A stretch of DNA of 60,564 bases, taken from contig JAPLSM010000042.1 of the NCBI GenBank assembly GCA_026398635.1, positions 1-60,564 of the forward strand, written 5' to 3'. Source of the DNA: Spirochaetota bacterium (GTDB lineage Bacteria; Spirochaetota; Spirochaetia; SZUA-6; Fen-1364). Shown in pieces: positions 1 to 11,548 of this stretch (positions are counted from its first letter, which is position 1; each line of letters starts with the position of its first letter). A model generated the notes under the pieces. It did not search any database. It saw nothing but the letters and a program-made list of their open reading frames with translations, and was not told the DNA's origin. The translations under genes and the position numbers were made by a program.

Positions 1-30
1 TATACTCCAAGAGGTTGAGCACCACCGGGA

Positions 31-252
31 TTAGCATGATCGCATGATCAGCTCCTTCTGGGGCACCTCTTCTCCGTTGCGGAACAACTCGATGACGTGG
101 TTTCTGGCAAGAATCCTGTTCGTATGGCCGATGCTCCTGCCCGAAGTGCGTGCCCCGTCCTTGTCGTAGACCCGGTAGTAGAAGACTTTCCCGTGCTTTA
201 TCTTCCTGAGATAGAGACTGAATGATTCTCGGTGCTTCACAGCGTCCTCCAT
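31..252 (-). pseudogene. Probable remnant of a phage-type tyrosine integrase (N-terminal arm-binding-like segment only)
   Basis: The 73-aa ORF (..SFSLYLRKIKHGKVFYYRVYDKDGARTSGRSIGHTNRILA..) resembles the short N-terminal domain of tRNA-targeting integrases. It stops at TAA (31-33) with no catalytic domain. It lies about 120 nt beyond the 3' end of tRNA-fMet. Local G+C is about 50% versus roughly 65-70% elsewhere. The window edge hides whatever lies further left. Confidence 0.35.
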
Positions 253-325
253 GCGCGCCAGTTGGCTACGAACTGGCTACAGTTGTTGGAGGACAAGAGA
301 CAGGCTGTACCGGGGGTACCTTAAT

Positions 326-365
326 CCTTCAACAGCAACGACTACGGAGCCGTTGCCGTTGAAGG
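326..365 (-). terminator. Strong hairpin immediately downstream of the tRNA (possible terminator or processing structure)
   Basis: ccttcaacagcaacg (326-340) pairs with cgttgccgttgaagg (351-365): a 15-bp stem with one mismatch and a 10-nt loop. It starts 5 nt after the tRNA 3' end on the minus strand. It is followed by AUUAAGG, so the U-tract is weak. Confidence 0.4.
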
Positions 366-370
366 ACCTA

Positions 371-443
371 TAGCAGGGGCAGGACTTGAACCTGCGACCT
401 CCGGGTTATGAGCCCGACGAGCTGCCAACTGCTCTACCCTGCG
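371..443 (-). tRNA. Initiator tRNA-Met (tRNA-fMet, anticodon CAT), no encoded CCA
   Basis: The reverse complement reads CGCAGGG-TA-GAGC-AGTTGGCA-GCTC-G-TCGGG-CTCATAA-CCCGG-AGGTC-GCAGG-TTCAAGT-CCTGC-CCCTGCT-A, a clean 73-nt cloverleaf. Initiator hallmarks are present: unpaired position 1-72 (C1/U72), A11:U24, and three consecutive G:C pairs at the base of the anticodon stem. It is near-identical to the E. coli tRNA-fMet core GCTCGTCGGGCTCATAACCCG. Confidence 0.93.
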
Positions 444-453
444 TCGTACGCGT

Positions 454-482
454 AAAATACACTAAATCCTGGTCGATGTCAA
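454..482 (-). promoter_or_regulatory. Sigma70-type promoter for the tRNA
   Basis: The minus strand reads TTGACA (482-477), a 17-nt spacer, then TATTTT (459-454). The -10 ends about 10 nt upstream of the tRNA 5' end. Confidence 0.55.
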
Positions 483-665
483 GGACGATCTGAGCCGTCT
501 GACCTGGCCGCCGGCACCCCGGCTCGGGGTCCGCGGAAGGGGTGCGCGCCGCGGTATCGCTGTCGGCCTCGCTGTTTTCACCCGCTCCGCGGCTCGTTCC
601 GATGGGACTCCTGCCCTCGCGCGCCAAAGTCGCGTAAGGGCGTCCGCCTCGCACTTGCGGCTCTC

Positions 666-731
666 GCAACTCGCTGCGCGAGTTGCTGTCGCCGCTTCGC
701 TACTTTCAACCGCAAAGCGGCTGAAAGTAGC
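666..731. other. Two adjacent perfect or near-perfect hairpins in the tRNA/ABC-operon intergenic region
   Basis: H1 is gcaactcg-ctgcg-cgagttgc (666-686), an 8-bp perfect stem. H2 is gctactttcaaccgc-aaa-gcggctgaaagtagc (699-731), a 15-bp stem with one mismatch. A TTGACA hexamer follows at 736-741. Function unknown. Confidence 0.3.
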
Positions 732-792
732 TGACTTGACAATGCATATGCTTTCGAGTGAAGTATATACATACACTCAAGGAGGTGCGTGC

Positions 793-1515
793 ATGTTCAA
801 GAGAATCGTGACCGCCCTGTTGCTCGCGGCAGTGCTCTTCGGCTTTGCGGCCTGCGCGAAGAAGACGACGAAGATCGTCATCGCTACCGACATGGTCGAC
901 GAGAGCAAAAACATCGTCGGCTTCGACATCGACCTGATGACCGCCGCGGCGAAGGCGGGCGGGTTCGAGGTCGAGTTCAAGAACACCGCCTGGGACGGCA
1001 TCTTCGCGGGCCTCGAGGGCGCCAAGTACGACGCGGTCATGTCCTCGGTCACCATCACCGACGAGCGGAAGCAGACCATGGACTTCTCGGTCCCGTACAT
1101 CAACGCCGGCCAGATCCTCGTGGTGAAGAGCACGGTGACGGGCGTCGAGAAGCTCGCCGACCTCTCGGGCAAGACTGTAGCCGCGCAGATCGGCACCACG
1201 GGCGCCTTCGAGATCGGCAAGTACTCGGACGTGAAGAAAAAGGAGTACGACGAGATCGGGCTCGCGTTCGCCGACCTCGCCAACGGCCGGGTCGACGCCG
1301 TGGTCTGCGACACGCCCGTTGCCGCCCAGTCCGCGCTGCAGAACGACGAGTACAAGGGCACCCTGAAGATCGTCGGTAAGCCGTTCACCGACGAGTACTA
1401 CGGGGTGGCGGTGAAGAAGGGCAACAAGAAGATTCTCGACCCCATCAACAAGGGCCTGCAGAAGGTCCTCGACTCCGGCGAGAACAAGACCATCGAGGCG
1501 AAGTGGTTGAGGTAA
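793..1515 (+). CDS. Amino-acid ABC transporter substrate-binding lipoprotein (polar amino acid / glutamine-type family)
   Basis: ATG at 793 is preceded by AAGGAGG (779-785). Lipobox signal MFKRIVTALLLAAVLFGFAAC. The body has typical family-3 SBP motifs (GFDIDL, WDGI..L..GKYD, TITDERK, DFS.PY). The ORF-track start at 655 is rejected as an upstream extension. Confidence 0.9.
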   Translation: MFKRIVTALLLAAVLFGFAACAKKTTKIVIATDMVDESKNIVGFDIDLMTAAAKAGGFEVEFKNTAWDGIFAGLEGAKYDAVMSSVTITDERKQTMDFSVPYINAGQILVVKSTVTGVEKLADLSGKTVAAQIGTTGAFEIGKYSDVKKKEYDEIGLAFADLANGRVDAVVCDTPVAAQSALQNDEYKGTLKIVGKPFTDEYYGVAVKKGNKKILDPINKGLQKVLDSGENKTIEAKWLR

Positions 1516-2319
1516 CGCCCTCAGGGCGTCCGGGCAGGGCCCCTCGGCCCGAGATCCGCCAGACGCGGATCGAGGTCACCGACGGGGCCCTGATCCCCGA
1601 CCGGGGGGAGAAGAGCGTCTTCTCCGCCTGGAACTTATCGTTCTTCGGGGCCGTCGCACTCCTGGTCATCCTGCCCCTCGTCTCTCCCAAGCCCTACCTG
1701 GACATCCTCCGGTTCATCCCCGACGGCGTCGTGATGACCCTGCTCGTCACGGTCCTCTCGATCCTCTGCGCCCTGCCGATCGGGCTCCTCGCGGGCGTGG
1801 GACGGATCGCACGGAACAAGGTGCTGAACCGGATCGCCACGGTCTACGTGGAGGTCGTCAGAGGCATCCCGCTGCTGGCCCAGATCTTCTACATCTACTA
1901 CGCATTGGCCAAGTTGCTGCCGCTCCAGGACATCGTCGCCGCGGTCATCGCGATGGGCTTCTGCTACGGTGCCTACATCGGCGAGATCTTCCGGGCCGGC
2001 CTCCAGTCCATCCCCCGGGGCCAGATGGAGGCCGCCATCGCCCTGGGGCTTTCCCGGGGCCAGGCCATCCGGCACATCATCCTGCCGCAGACGGTGCGGG
2101 TCGTGCTGCCGCCGCTCGGCAACGAGTTTATCGCCCTGCTGAAGGACTCCTCGCTCGTGTCGATCCTGGCGGTGTCGGACCTGCTGCGCCGCAGCAGGGA
2201 ATATGCGTCCAAGACCTTCAACTATTTCGAGGCGTTCACCGTGGCAGCCCTCGTCTACCTCGTGCTCACCCTGTTCTTCTCCCGCCTCGTGGCCCTCATG
2301 GAAGGAAGGATGCAGCACC

Positions 2320-2333
<14 letters not shown>
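1503..2333 (+). CDS. Amino-acid ABC transporter permease (His/Glu/Gln/Arg type)
   Basis: Membrane protein with the EAA-type loop (..[29 protein letters not shown]...IILPQ). The GTG at 1503 overlaps the SBP stop by 13 nt and has GAGG upstream. No better in-frame start was seen, so the start is uncertain. Confidence 0.85.
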
Positions 2334-3052
<719 letters not shown>

Positions 3053-3054
<2 letters not shown>

Positions 3055-3079
3055 AAAAGCCCCCGATGCGGGGGCTTTG
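3053..3079. terminator. Bidirectional intrinsic terminator between the ABC operon and rpsU
   Basis: AAAAAA-GCCCCCG-ATG-CGGGGGC-TTT: a 7-bp GC stem (3059-3065 / 3069-3075) flanked by an A-run and a T-run. It lies between the convergent stops at 3054 and 3081. Confidence 0.8.
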
Positions 3080-3080
3080 T

Positions 3081-3299
3081 CTAGTAGCTCTTCATGGAGG
3101 CGAGCTTTCGCTGCCGCTTCATCCGCTTCCGCTCGAGGGCCTTCTTCTTCCGGTTTAGGATTGCGGACGGCTTCTCGAAGAACTCGCGTTTCTTCCATTC
3201 GCGAATGATCCCCTCCTTCTCGACCATGCGCTTGAAGCGCTTGATGGCCTTCTCGAGGGGCTCTTCGGACCCGACTTCGATGTACGCGATGTGACTCAC
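3081..3299 (-). CDS. rpsU: 30S ribosomal protein S21
   Basis: The 72-aa basic protein (...[41 protein letters not shown]) is a typical S21. GTG start with GGAGGGAGG upstream. Confidence 0.93.
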   Translation of the reverse strand: MSHIAYIEVGSEEPLEKAIKRFKRMVEKEGIIREWKKREFFEKPSAILNRKKKALERKRMKRQRKLASMKSY

Positions 3300-3323
3300 C
3301 TCCCTCCGTTGTAGGGTGTACCG

Positions 3324-3351
3324 AGCATAGCGAACGGCAGGGTTTTGTCAA
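3324..3351 (-). promoter_or_regulatory. Sigma70-type promoter for rpsU
   Basis: The minus strand reads TTGACA (3351-3346, overlapping the M23 stop codon), a 17-nt spacer, then TATGCT (3329-3324). Confidence 0.5.
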
Positions 3352-4370
3352 TCGACCGCGGGGATCGCTGCCGCAGGCATCGCTGCCGCGGGGATCGGCC
3401 ACCTTCCGGGCACGAGCGGCAGGCCCGCAGTGAGCAGGTCCGGGTCCACGGCAACTCCGCCGGCCTCAACTTCCCAATGCAAGTGGGGGCCCGTGGCAAG
3501 GCCCGTCTTCCCCACGGTTCCCAGGATCTGCCCCTTCGTGAGCAGCTCGCCTTCCCGCACGTTCACCGCGCTCAGGTGGCAATATAACGAGTAGAGGCCG
3601 GGGAGGTGCTCGATTACCACCGTCCACCCGGTGACAATACGCTCCTTCGCCATCACCACTCTTCCACTGCCACACGCGGCGACCGGCGTACCCTCGGGGA
3701 GTGCGAGGTCCACCCCGTTGTGCACCGAGAGGTCGGTGCGGCCATCGTCGTAGAGGTACTCCCGCCGATCCCCGTACCCGGCGGTCCGGCGGGGCTTCGC
3801 GAGCGGCAGGGCGAACGCGCCGGTCTCGTGCACCGCAGCCGGGTCCGCGCCCGCGAGGAGGCGCGCAAGCTCAACGGCTTCCGCGGTTTTGCGCGGATCC
3901 GGCTGCGTCCGAAGCGTGGTCAGCGTGCTGCTGAGGGGGATGGTCTCCGAAGCGAAAGTCCGGGCCGTCACCCGGAACGGCAGATGTATTCCCGGTAGCC
4001 ACAGCTCGTGCCCGCCCGGTCGGGCGGTCGGGGGGACACCGATGAGCGACAGCCACCCGGTACCCCAGCGGAAGGACGTGCCCCGGGACAGGATCCGGCC
4101 CCTGCCGTCCATCAGCACGGTCGGGAAGGACTCCCGGGACTCCGGGGTGTACACGACCGCGAGCCCACCCGGAGGGGCCGCGTCCTGGTACCACGCGAGC
4201 AAGGAACGGACACGGGGCGCAAAGCTGCCGCCGTCCCCGTCCGCCGGCAGCCGGTCGTACCGAACCGCCGGCACGATCCGGAGGACGGGTCCCGTCGGCG
4301 TCGGCTCGATCGCTTCGGCCGACGGAGCTCCCGCGAAGACGAGGAGCAGGAGGAGGACGATCGCGCTCAT
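3348..4370 (-). CDS. M23 family metallopeptidase (LytM/NlpD-like), secreted
   Basis: Signal peptide MSAIVLLLLLVFAGAPSAEA. C-terminal M23 motifs HNGVDLA, GWTVVIEH, GLATGPHLHWEV. The ATG at 4370 overlaps the recJ stop (ATGA 4367-4370). The 628-aa ORF-track version is an artefactual extension through recJ. Confidence 0.9.
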   Translation of the reverse strand: MSAIVLLLLLVFAGAPSAEAIEPTPTGPVLRIVPAVRYDRLPADGDGGSFAPRVRSLLAWYQDAAPPGGLAVVYTPESRESFPTVLMDGRGRILSRGTSFRWGTGWLSLIGVPPTARPGGHELWLPGIHLPFRVTARTFASETIPLSSTLTTLRTQPDPRKTAEAVELARLLAGADPAAVHETGAFALPLAKPRRTAGYGDRREYLYDDGRTDLSVHNGVDLALPEGTPVAACGSGRVVMAKERIVTGWTVVIEHLPGLYSLYCHLSAVNVREGELLTKGQILGTVGKTGLATGPHLHWEVEAGGVAVDPDLLTAGLPLVPGRWPIPAAAMPAAAIPAVD

Positions 4371-6469
4371 TTCTTCAAATCGACGACGTTGAGCCGGAGG
4401 TTTTCCGATGAACCCCAGGTGTTCCGCTCGAGCCGGTAGACGACGTCCACCGGATCTCCTACCGCGAACTCCGACGGGAACCGGGCGGCCGCGTTCCAGT
4501 ACACCCCGGGCCAACGGCTCTTCCCCGCGTCGAACAGCAGCTTGAGATGGCTGAGGTCCCTTCGGCCGATCAGCTCGCACTGGGCAATGCGCAGGCCCCG
4601 GGTGAGGAAGAGCAGGTGCGGGTTGCCCTCGCCGTAGGGTTCGAAGAGGTCCAGGACCTTCGCGAGGTCGGGCGTGAGATACGCCAGGGGCACCTCGGCG
4701 TCGATCGACAGGACCTCCTCCCCGCGGCTCGGAAGCTCCATCTCCTCGATGCGCGCCGCGTAGTCTGACAGGAACCCGGCGAGCGCGCCGCGGGGCATGC
4801 TGAAACCCCCGGCGAAGTCGTGGCCGCCGCTCGTCGTGAAGTGGCGCGAGAACCGGGAGAAGAACCCCGCGATGAATCCCTCCGCGGCTGCCCGGATCGA
4901 GCCGACGGCCCGGTCGCCCGACTCGGCTACCACCACGGCCGGCGCCTTGAAAAAGCCCTGCAGCCGGGACGCCATGATGCCCGTGATGCCGCGGGGGATG
5001 CGTTCGTCGTGCACCAGCACGCATCGGCCTCCGCTCGTCTCGAAGCTCTCCCGCGCCTGGGCAAGCGCCGCCTGCCACGCGCTCTCCCCGAGCGTGCGCC
5101 GCCGGCTGTCCAGCTCGAACAGGTCGGCCACGAGGACCTCGATCTCGCCGAGGGCCTCGGCGAGGAAGAGCCGGGTCGCCTTGCCCGGCTCTCCCATGCG
5201 GCCCGCGGAGTTCAGTACGGGCGCCACCTGCCATGCCACGTCCGTGGCGCTGATGCGCTTGCCCAGCAGGTCCTTCTTCATGAGCAGCTGCCTGAGGCCG
5301 GTCCGCTCCCCGCGGCGCAGCACCTCCAGGCCCTGGCGCACGAGAATCCGGTTCTCATCGACGAGCGGCATCAGGTCCGCCAGGGTGCCCAGGGTGACGA
5401 GGTCCATGCGGCGCAGGGCGGGCGCGAGGCGTTCCCGCTCGCGCTCGAGCACGAGCGACCGGAACAGGTCCGCCAGGGTGTCGATCTCCGCAGGCGGCCG
5501 GTCGCGGTAGCGCGCCTCGCGCGACTCGGACTGAATAGCGAGCAGGCTGCGGCCCGCGAGGCCGGGGAGATACTGGCGCACGAGCGGGCCAATGTCCTCG
5601 ATCTCGAGGGAGGCCTCCGGGAACGCCTGGGCAAGGAGCCGCGCCTGGCCCGGGGCGTCGAGCACGAGCACCTCCGTGCCGGCTGCGAGCGCTTCGATTC
5701 GTGTGGCCTCCAGAGGGACCATGCCCGGCACGACCAGCTCCATGGCCCGGCCTGTCTCCACGAGGTTGACCAGGCGCACGGCGTCGACGGCGACGGCTCC
5801 ATTGGCAGGCCGGGCGGCGATCAGGCACACCGGTGCGCCGAAGAAGGGCCCCTGAGAGAACCGCAGCGCCCATTCGAGCTTGGCCGCCACCGCGCACCCC
5901 GCCAGATCGCGGAACGGATAGCCGGGCAGCTTGGGATTGACCACGGCGAAGGCCGGCGGCAGCTCGGCCGGCGGGTTGTGGTGGTCGACCACGATCGTCT
6001 CGATGCCGAGCCCCGCGGCCAGCTCGATCTCTGCGCGGTTGGAGATGCCGCAGTCCACGGTGATGACGAGGCCGGTGCCATGACCGGCCGCCTCCTCGAC
6101 CGCCTTCACCGAAAGGCCGTACCCCTCCTCGCCCTCCGGCAGCGTCCAGTGCACCTCGGCGCCGAGCTCCTTGAGCGCCTCGACGAGCAGCACCGTGGCC
6201 GTCACCCCGTCGACGTCCCGGTCGCCGAACACGAGGATGCGCTCGCCGCTCTCGATGGCCGACGAGATGCGCTCCACGGCATCGGCCATCGCGGGCATGA
6301 GGAAAGGGTTGTGGAGGAATTTGGGGTCGTTCTCGAGGATCGCGCGCACCTGCGCGGGGCTGCCCAAGGAGCGGCGCGCGAGAATGGCAGCGGGCAGCAG
6401 GTCGATCCCGTAACGGCGTGACAGCTCCCGCACCTCGGATGGGTCGATTTCGGTCTTCTTCCAGATCAT
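4367..6469 (-). CDS. recJ: Single-stranded-DNA-specific exonuclease RecJ
   Basis: DHH family motifs (ILVFGDRDVDGVTATVLL, ITVDCG, VVDHHNP) plus the DHHA1 region (GGHDFAGGFS). Length is 700 aa. Its ATG overlaps the upstream stop (ATGA 6466-6469). Confidence 0.93.
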   Translation of the reverse strand: MIWKKTEIDPSEVRELSRRYGIDLLPAAILARRSLGSPAQVRAILENDPKFLHNPFLMPAMADAVERISSAIESGERILVFGDRDVDGVTATVLLVEALKELGAEVHWTLPEGEEGYGLSVKAVEEAAGHGTGLVITVDCGISNRAEIELAAGLGIETIVVDHHNPPAELPPAFAVVNPKLPGYPFRDLAGCAVAAKLEWALRFSQGPFFGAPVCLIAARPANGAVAVDAVRLVNLVETGRAMELVVPGMVPLEATRIEALAAGTEVLVLDAPGQARLLAQAFPEASLEIEDIGPLVRQYLPGLAGRSLLAIQSESREARYRDRPPAEIDTLADLFRSLVLERERERLAPALRRMDLVTLGTLADLMPLVDENRILVRQGLEVLRRGERTGLRQLLMKKDLLGKRISATDVAWQVAPVLNSAGRMGEPGKATRLFLAEALGEIEVLVADLFELDSRRRTLGESAWQAALAQARESFETSGGRCVLVHDERIPRGITGIMASRLQGFFKAPAVVVAESGDRAVGSIRAAAEGFIAGFFSRFSRHFTTSGGHDFAGGFSMPRGALAGFLSDYAARIEEMELPSRGEEVLSIDAEVPLAYLTPDLAKVLDLFEPYGEGNPHLLFLTRGLRIAQCELIGRRDLSHLKLLFDAGKSRWPGVYWNAAARFPSEFAVGDPVDVVYRLERNTWGSSENLRLNVVDLKK

Positions 6470-7776
6470 GGTCCGGCGATCTCCTCGATCACCAGCGGGT
6501 AGTCGGGCGGGGGCTCGTCGGCGTACGAATAAGCGCCGGCCACCAGGCGGCGCGCCTCCTCGAGCCGCGCCTCGTCGTCCGCGTGCACGACGGCCACCTC
6601 GTCGTTGGCGCGCACCCGGTCGCCCCTCACCTTCACCAGCGTGATGCCGACGCCGGGCAGAACCCGGTCCTCCTTGCGCAAGCGGCCCGCGCCGAGCACC
6701 ACGCCCGCCACGCCGATCGCCCGGGCGTCCACGCGCCGGACGTACCCCTCGGCGGGGGTCGTCACCGGCCGGCTCAGTCGCGCTCGGGGGCTCCGGCGCG
6801 GGTCCAGCAGGGCCTGCACGTCACCGCCCTGGAACTCCACGTTCGCGAGGAACCGCCGCCACGCCGAACCGTCGGCGAGCCGGGTCCGGGCGATGCGCTC
6901 GCCCTCGTCGGGATCGGGGCACAGGCCGCCGAGAGCGAGCATCCACCCCGCCAGCCGCAGGGTGAGGGCTTCGAGATCCGCCGGCCCCCGGCCCTGCAGG
7001 CAGCCCACCGCCTCCTCCACCTCGAGGAAGTTGCCGACCGTGCGCCCCAGGGGCTGGTCCATGTCGGTGATGAGCGCCGCCGCGCGCCTGCCGAGTTCCC
7101 CGGCCGCCCGCACGAGCGAGACGGCCAGCTCCCGGGCCTGCTCGGGCCGCTGCATGAAGGCGCCGCTGCCCGTTTTCACGTCGAAGACCAGCGCCGAGGC
7201 GCCCTCGGCGAACTTCTTCGAGAGGATGCTCGCGGTGATGAGCGGCACGGACTCCACGGTCCCCGTCACGTCGCGCAGAGCGTAGAGCCGCCGATCGGCG
7301 GGCACCACGGTGTCGCTCTGCCCGATCATGGCGAACCCGATGCGCTCGATTCCCTCGGCGAACCGGGCCGGCGGGAGGTCGGTGCGATAACCGGGGATGC
7401 TCTCGAGCTTGTCGAGCGTGCCCCCGGTGTGCCCCAGCGACCGTCCGCTCATCATGGGCACGCGCAGGCCGCACGCCGCGGCGAGGGGCGCGAGCGGCAG
7501 CGACACCTTGTCGCCGACCCCGCCGGTCGAATGCTTGTCCACCAGCGGGCCGCCGACCCGGGACAGGTCGATCACCTCACCGGAGCGGATCATGGCACGG
7601 GTGAGGCAGGCCGTCTCGGCATTGCTCATGCCCCGGCACACCACGGCCATCAGGAACGCGGCGGCCTGGTAGTCCGGTATCTCCCCGCGCGCGATGCCCT
7701 GGACGAGGAACTCGATCTCCTCCTCGCTGAGCTCGGCGCCGTCGCGCTTCCTGATGATGAGGTCTACGGGTCTCAA
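6466..7776 (-). CDS. Thymidine / pyrimidine-nucleoside phosphorylase
   Basis: Hallmark N-terminus ..IIRKRDGAELSEEEIEFLVQGIARGEIPDYQAAAFLMAVVCRGMS..E, and DKHSTGGVGDKVSL. A TTG at 7776 overlapping the thpR stop (TTGA) gives a typical ~436-aa length. The exact start is uncertain; the ORF-track start at 7860 lies inside thpR. Confidence 0.88.
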   Translation of the reverse strand: MRPVDLIIRKRDGAELSEEEIEFLVQGIARGEIPDYQAAAFLMAVVCRGMSNAETACLTRAMIRSGEVIDLSRVGGPLVDKHSTGGVGDKVSLPLAPLAAACGLRVPMMSGRSLGHTGGTLDKLESIPGYRTDLPPARFAEGIERIGFAMIGQSDTVVPADRRLYALRDVTGTVESVPLITASILSKKFAEGASALVFDVKTGSGAFMQRPEQARELAVSLVRAAGELGRRAAALITDMDQPLGRTVGNFLEVEEAVGCLQGRGPADLEALTLRLAGWMLALGGLCPDPDEGERIARTRLADGSAWRRFLANVEFQGGDVQALLDPRRSPRARLSRPVTTPAEGYVRRVDARAIGVAGVVLGAGRLRKEDRVLPGVGITLVKVRGDRVRANDEVAVVHADDEARLEEARRLVAGAYSYADEPPPDYPLVIEEIAGP

Positions 7777-8330
7777 CGCTCCTCCCGGTCGAACGCGATT
7801 GCCGCAAGCGGCACGTAGGTCGGGCCGCGCGGCCCGAGAATCGACTGGAACAGTACACACTCCCCGAAGACGAAATCAAGGCGGGGTGCCTCGAACCCGT
7901 CGAGCACGTCGGGCGAGGGGGCCGGGGTCCCGGCCCGGGCGAGCGTGACGTGCGCGGAAAAGCCCTTCGGGTCCTCCCGGAACCCCAGGTCCGCGATCCG
8001 CGACTCCAGCGCTCGCTGAAACTCGCACACCGGTCCGGCGCCGGCCCCGATACCGATCCAGATCACCCGGGGGCTCCCGCGCTCGGGAAACCTGCCGAGG
8101 TTGCCGAACGAGACGGGCAGCGCCGGGCCGCGCAGGCTCGGGTCGCGCCAGAGTCCGGCGAGCCGGCGCACGCCTCCCTCGTCCACCTCGCCGAAGAAGT
8201 GCAGGGTCAGATGCAGACCTTCGCGCCTGACCGGCCTGAGTCCCGGCCATCGGGCACGCAGCGCGGCAGCCACGGGCGCGAGCGAGTCGAGCGCTTCGCG
8301 CGGCAGAGGCAGGGCAGCGAACACGCGCAT
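7773..8330 (-). CDS. thpR: RNA 2',3'-cyclic phosphodiesterase (2H family, ThpR/LigT)
   Basis: 185 aa with the two H-x-T-x motifs of 2H phosphoesterases (HLTLHF and HVTLAR). The ATG at 8330 shares one base with the recO stop (TGATG). Confidence 0.85.
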   Translation of the reverse strand: MRVFAALPLPREALDSLAPVAAALRARWPGLRPVRREGLHLTLHFFGEVDEGGVRRLAGLWRDPSLRGPALPVSFGNLGRFPERGSPRVIWIGIGAGAGPVCEFQRALESRIADLGFREDPKGFSAHVTLARAGTPAPSPDVLDGFEAPRLDFVFGECVLFQSILGPRGPTYVPLAAIAFDREER

Positions 8331-9100
8331 CAGCGCTGTCCGAGCGAGCGCAGCGAGGCGAGATCGGTCTCGAGCACGCCGCGGATCGCGTGCTGCAGCG
8401 CTTTCCCGAGCCCCGCGAGCGACGACGGGTCGAGGCTTATTGCGAGGGAAGCCGCGAGGTCGAGGTCGCGCGTCGCCTCGAGGTAGCGCCGGGCCCCGGC
8501 GCTCAGCGGGAGCCCCGCGCCACCCGCGCACGCCCCGCACGCGATACCGCCCGGGGCGGCGAGCCAGGCGGCGCCCTCCGCCTCGCCGAAGGCCCGCCCG
8601 CAGCGCTCGCACGCCGATGCGTCGGGCCGGTAGCCTGCCAGATCGAGGAACCGCCAGAGAAACTGTGCAGTGGCGTAGGGCGCCCGGTCGGCCCCGCCGG
8701 CTTCCAGCGCGCGCAGGCAGGCGAGCAGGAGCCGGTAGAGCCCCCCGGTGGTCTCGCCTGCCGCAATGGACTTCAGCACGACCTCGGCCCACAGCGAGGC
8801 GGCCTCTATGCGGCCGAGGTCGGTGCGCAGGCCTTCGAAACTTTCCCTCACCTCGAGGTCCGTCACCTTGTAGGTGTTCTTCACCGGGTCGTGGTACAGC
8901 CGGGCGAGCGAGTGAGCGAACGGCTCGCTGCCGGTGCGCAGAGCGCTGTGCATCTTCCACGCACCGTAGGCCGCGGCATGCACGAGCCCCAGATCGGCGG
9001 TCAGCAGCACGAGCCCCTTGTGGCTCTCGCCCATGCGCTCCCTGCGGATCACGATGGCGGGCGTCGAGAGGTTGCGGAAGGTCTGCATGGGCGACGCCAT
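8330..9100 (-). CDS. recO: DNA repair protein RecO
   Basis: 256 aa. The N-terminal OB-like region (PAIVIRRERMGESHKGLVLLT..GLV.A.A.GA) and the C-terminal Cys-x2-Cys ... Cys-x2-Cys zinc motif (CERCGRA...CGAC) are typical of RecO. An alternative ATG lies at 9088. Confidence 0.85.
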   Translation of the reverse strand: MASPMQTFRNLSTPAIVIRRERMGESHKGLVLLTADLGLVHAAAYGAWKMHSALRTGSEPFAHSLARLYHDPVKNTYKVTDLEVRESFEGLRTDLGRIEAASLWAEVVLKSIAAGETTGGLYRLLLACLRALEAGGADRAPYATAQFLWRFLDLAGYRPDASACERCGRAFGEAEGAAWLAAPGGIACGACAGGAGLPLSAGARRYLEATRDLDLAASLAISLDPSSLAGLGKALQHAIRGVLETDLASLRSLGQR

Positions 9101-9172
9101 GATATCGGAGAAGCCCGGCGGTGCGCAATCGAGCCCCGATGCCTCAGTGCGCAGCGCGAGCCCGGATCCCAC

Positions 9173-9201
9173 TTGACCGCGGCCGGCACCCTTCGTACTT
9201 T
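9173..9201 (+). promoter_or_regulatory. Putative promoter of lon, positioned for a leaderless transcript
   Basis: TTGACC (9173-9178), a 17-nt spacer, then TACTTT (9196-9201). Only 7 nt (TTTGAAG) separate the -10 from the lon ATG at 9209, and there is no Shine-Dalgarno. Confidence 0.4.
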
Positions 9202-9208
9202 TTTGAAG

Positions 9209-11547
<2,339 letters not shown>

Positions 11548-11548
<1 letters not shown>

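Noticed and set aside
500-660. A G+C-rich non-coding stretch containing GGTCCGCGGAAGGGG, reminiscent of the SRP RNA GGAA-tetraloop region; it was also considered as a riboswitch for the ABC operon
   Set aside because: The flanking sequence cannot be folded into the conserved SRP domain IV helix (there are no complementary arms around the loop). It lies upstream of the likely ABC promoter. No known riboswitch core was recognised. I leave it as unexplained non-coding DNA.
3348-5234. Over-extended ORF-track models: 3348-5234, 8330-10411, 8390-11548, 10285-12339, 21659-23182, 32754-36140, 36504-37646, 40414-42903, 42410-44959, 50653-52881 and 7773-9128
   Set aside because: In each case the recognisable protein begins at an internal ATG or GTG that coincides with the stop of the upstream gene (ATGA/GTGA/TGATG). 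The upstream extension runs through another well-supported gene in a different frame.
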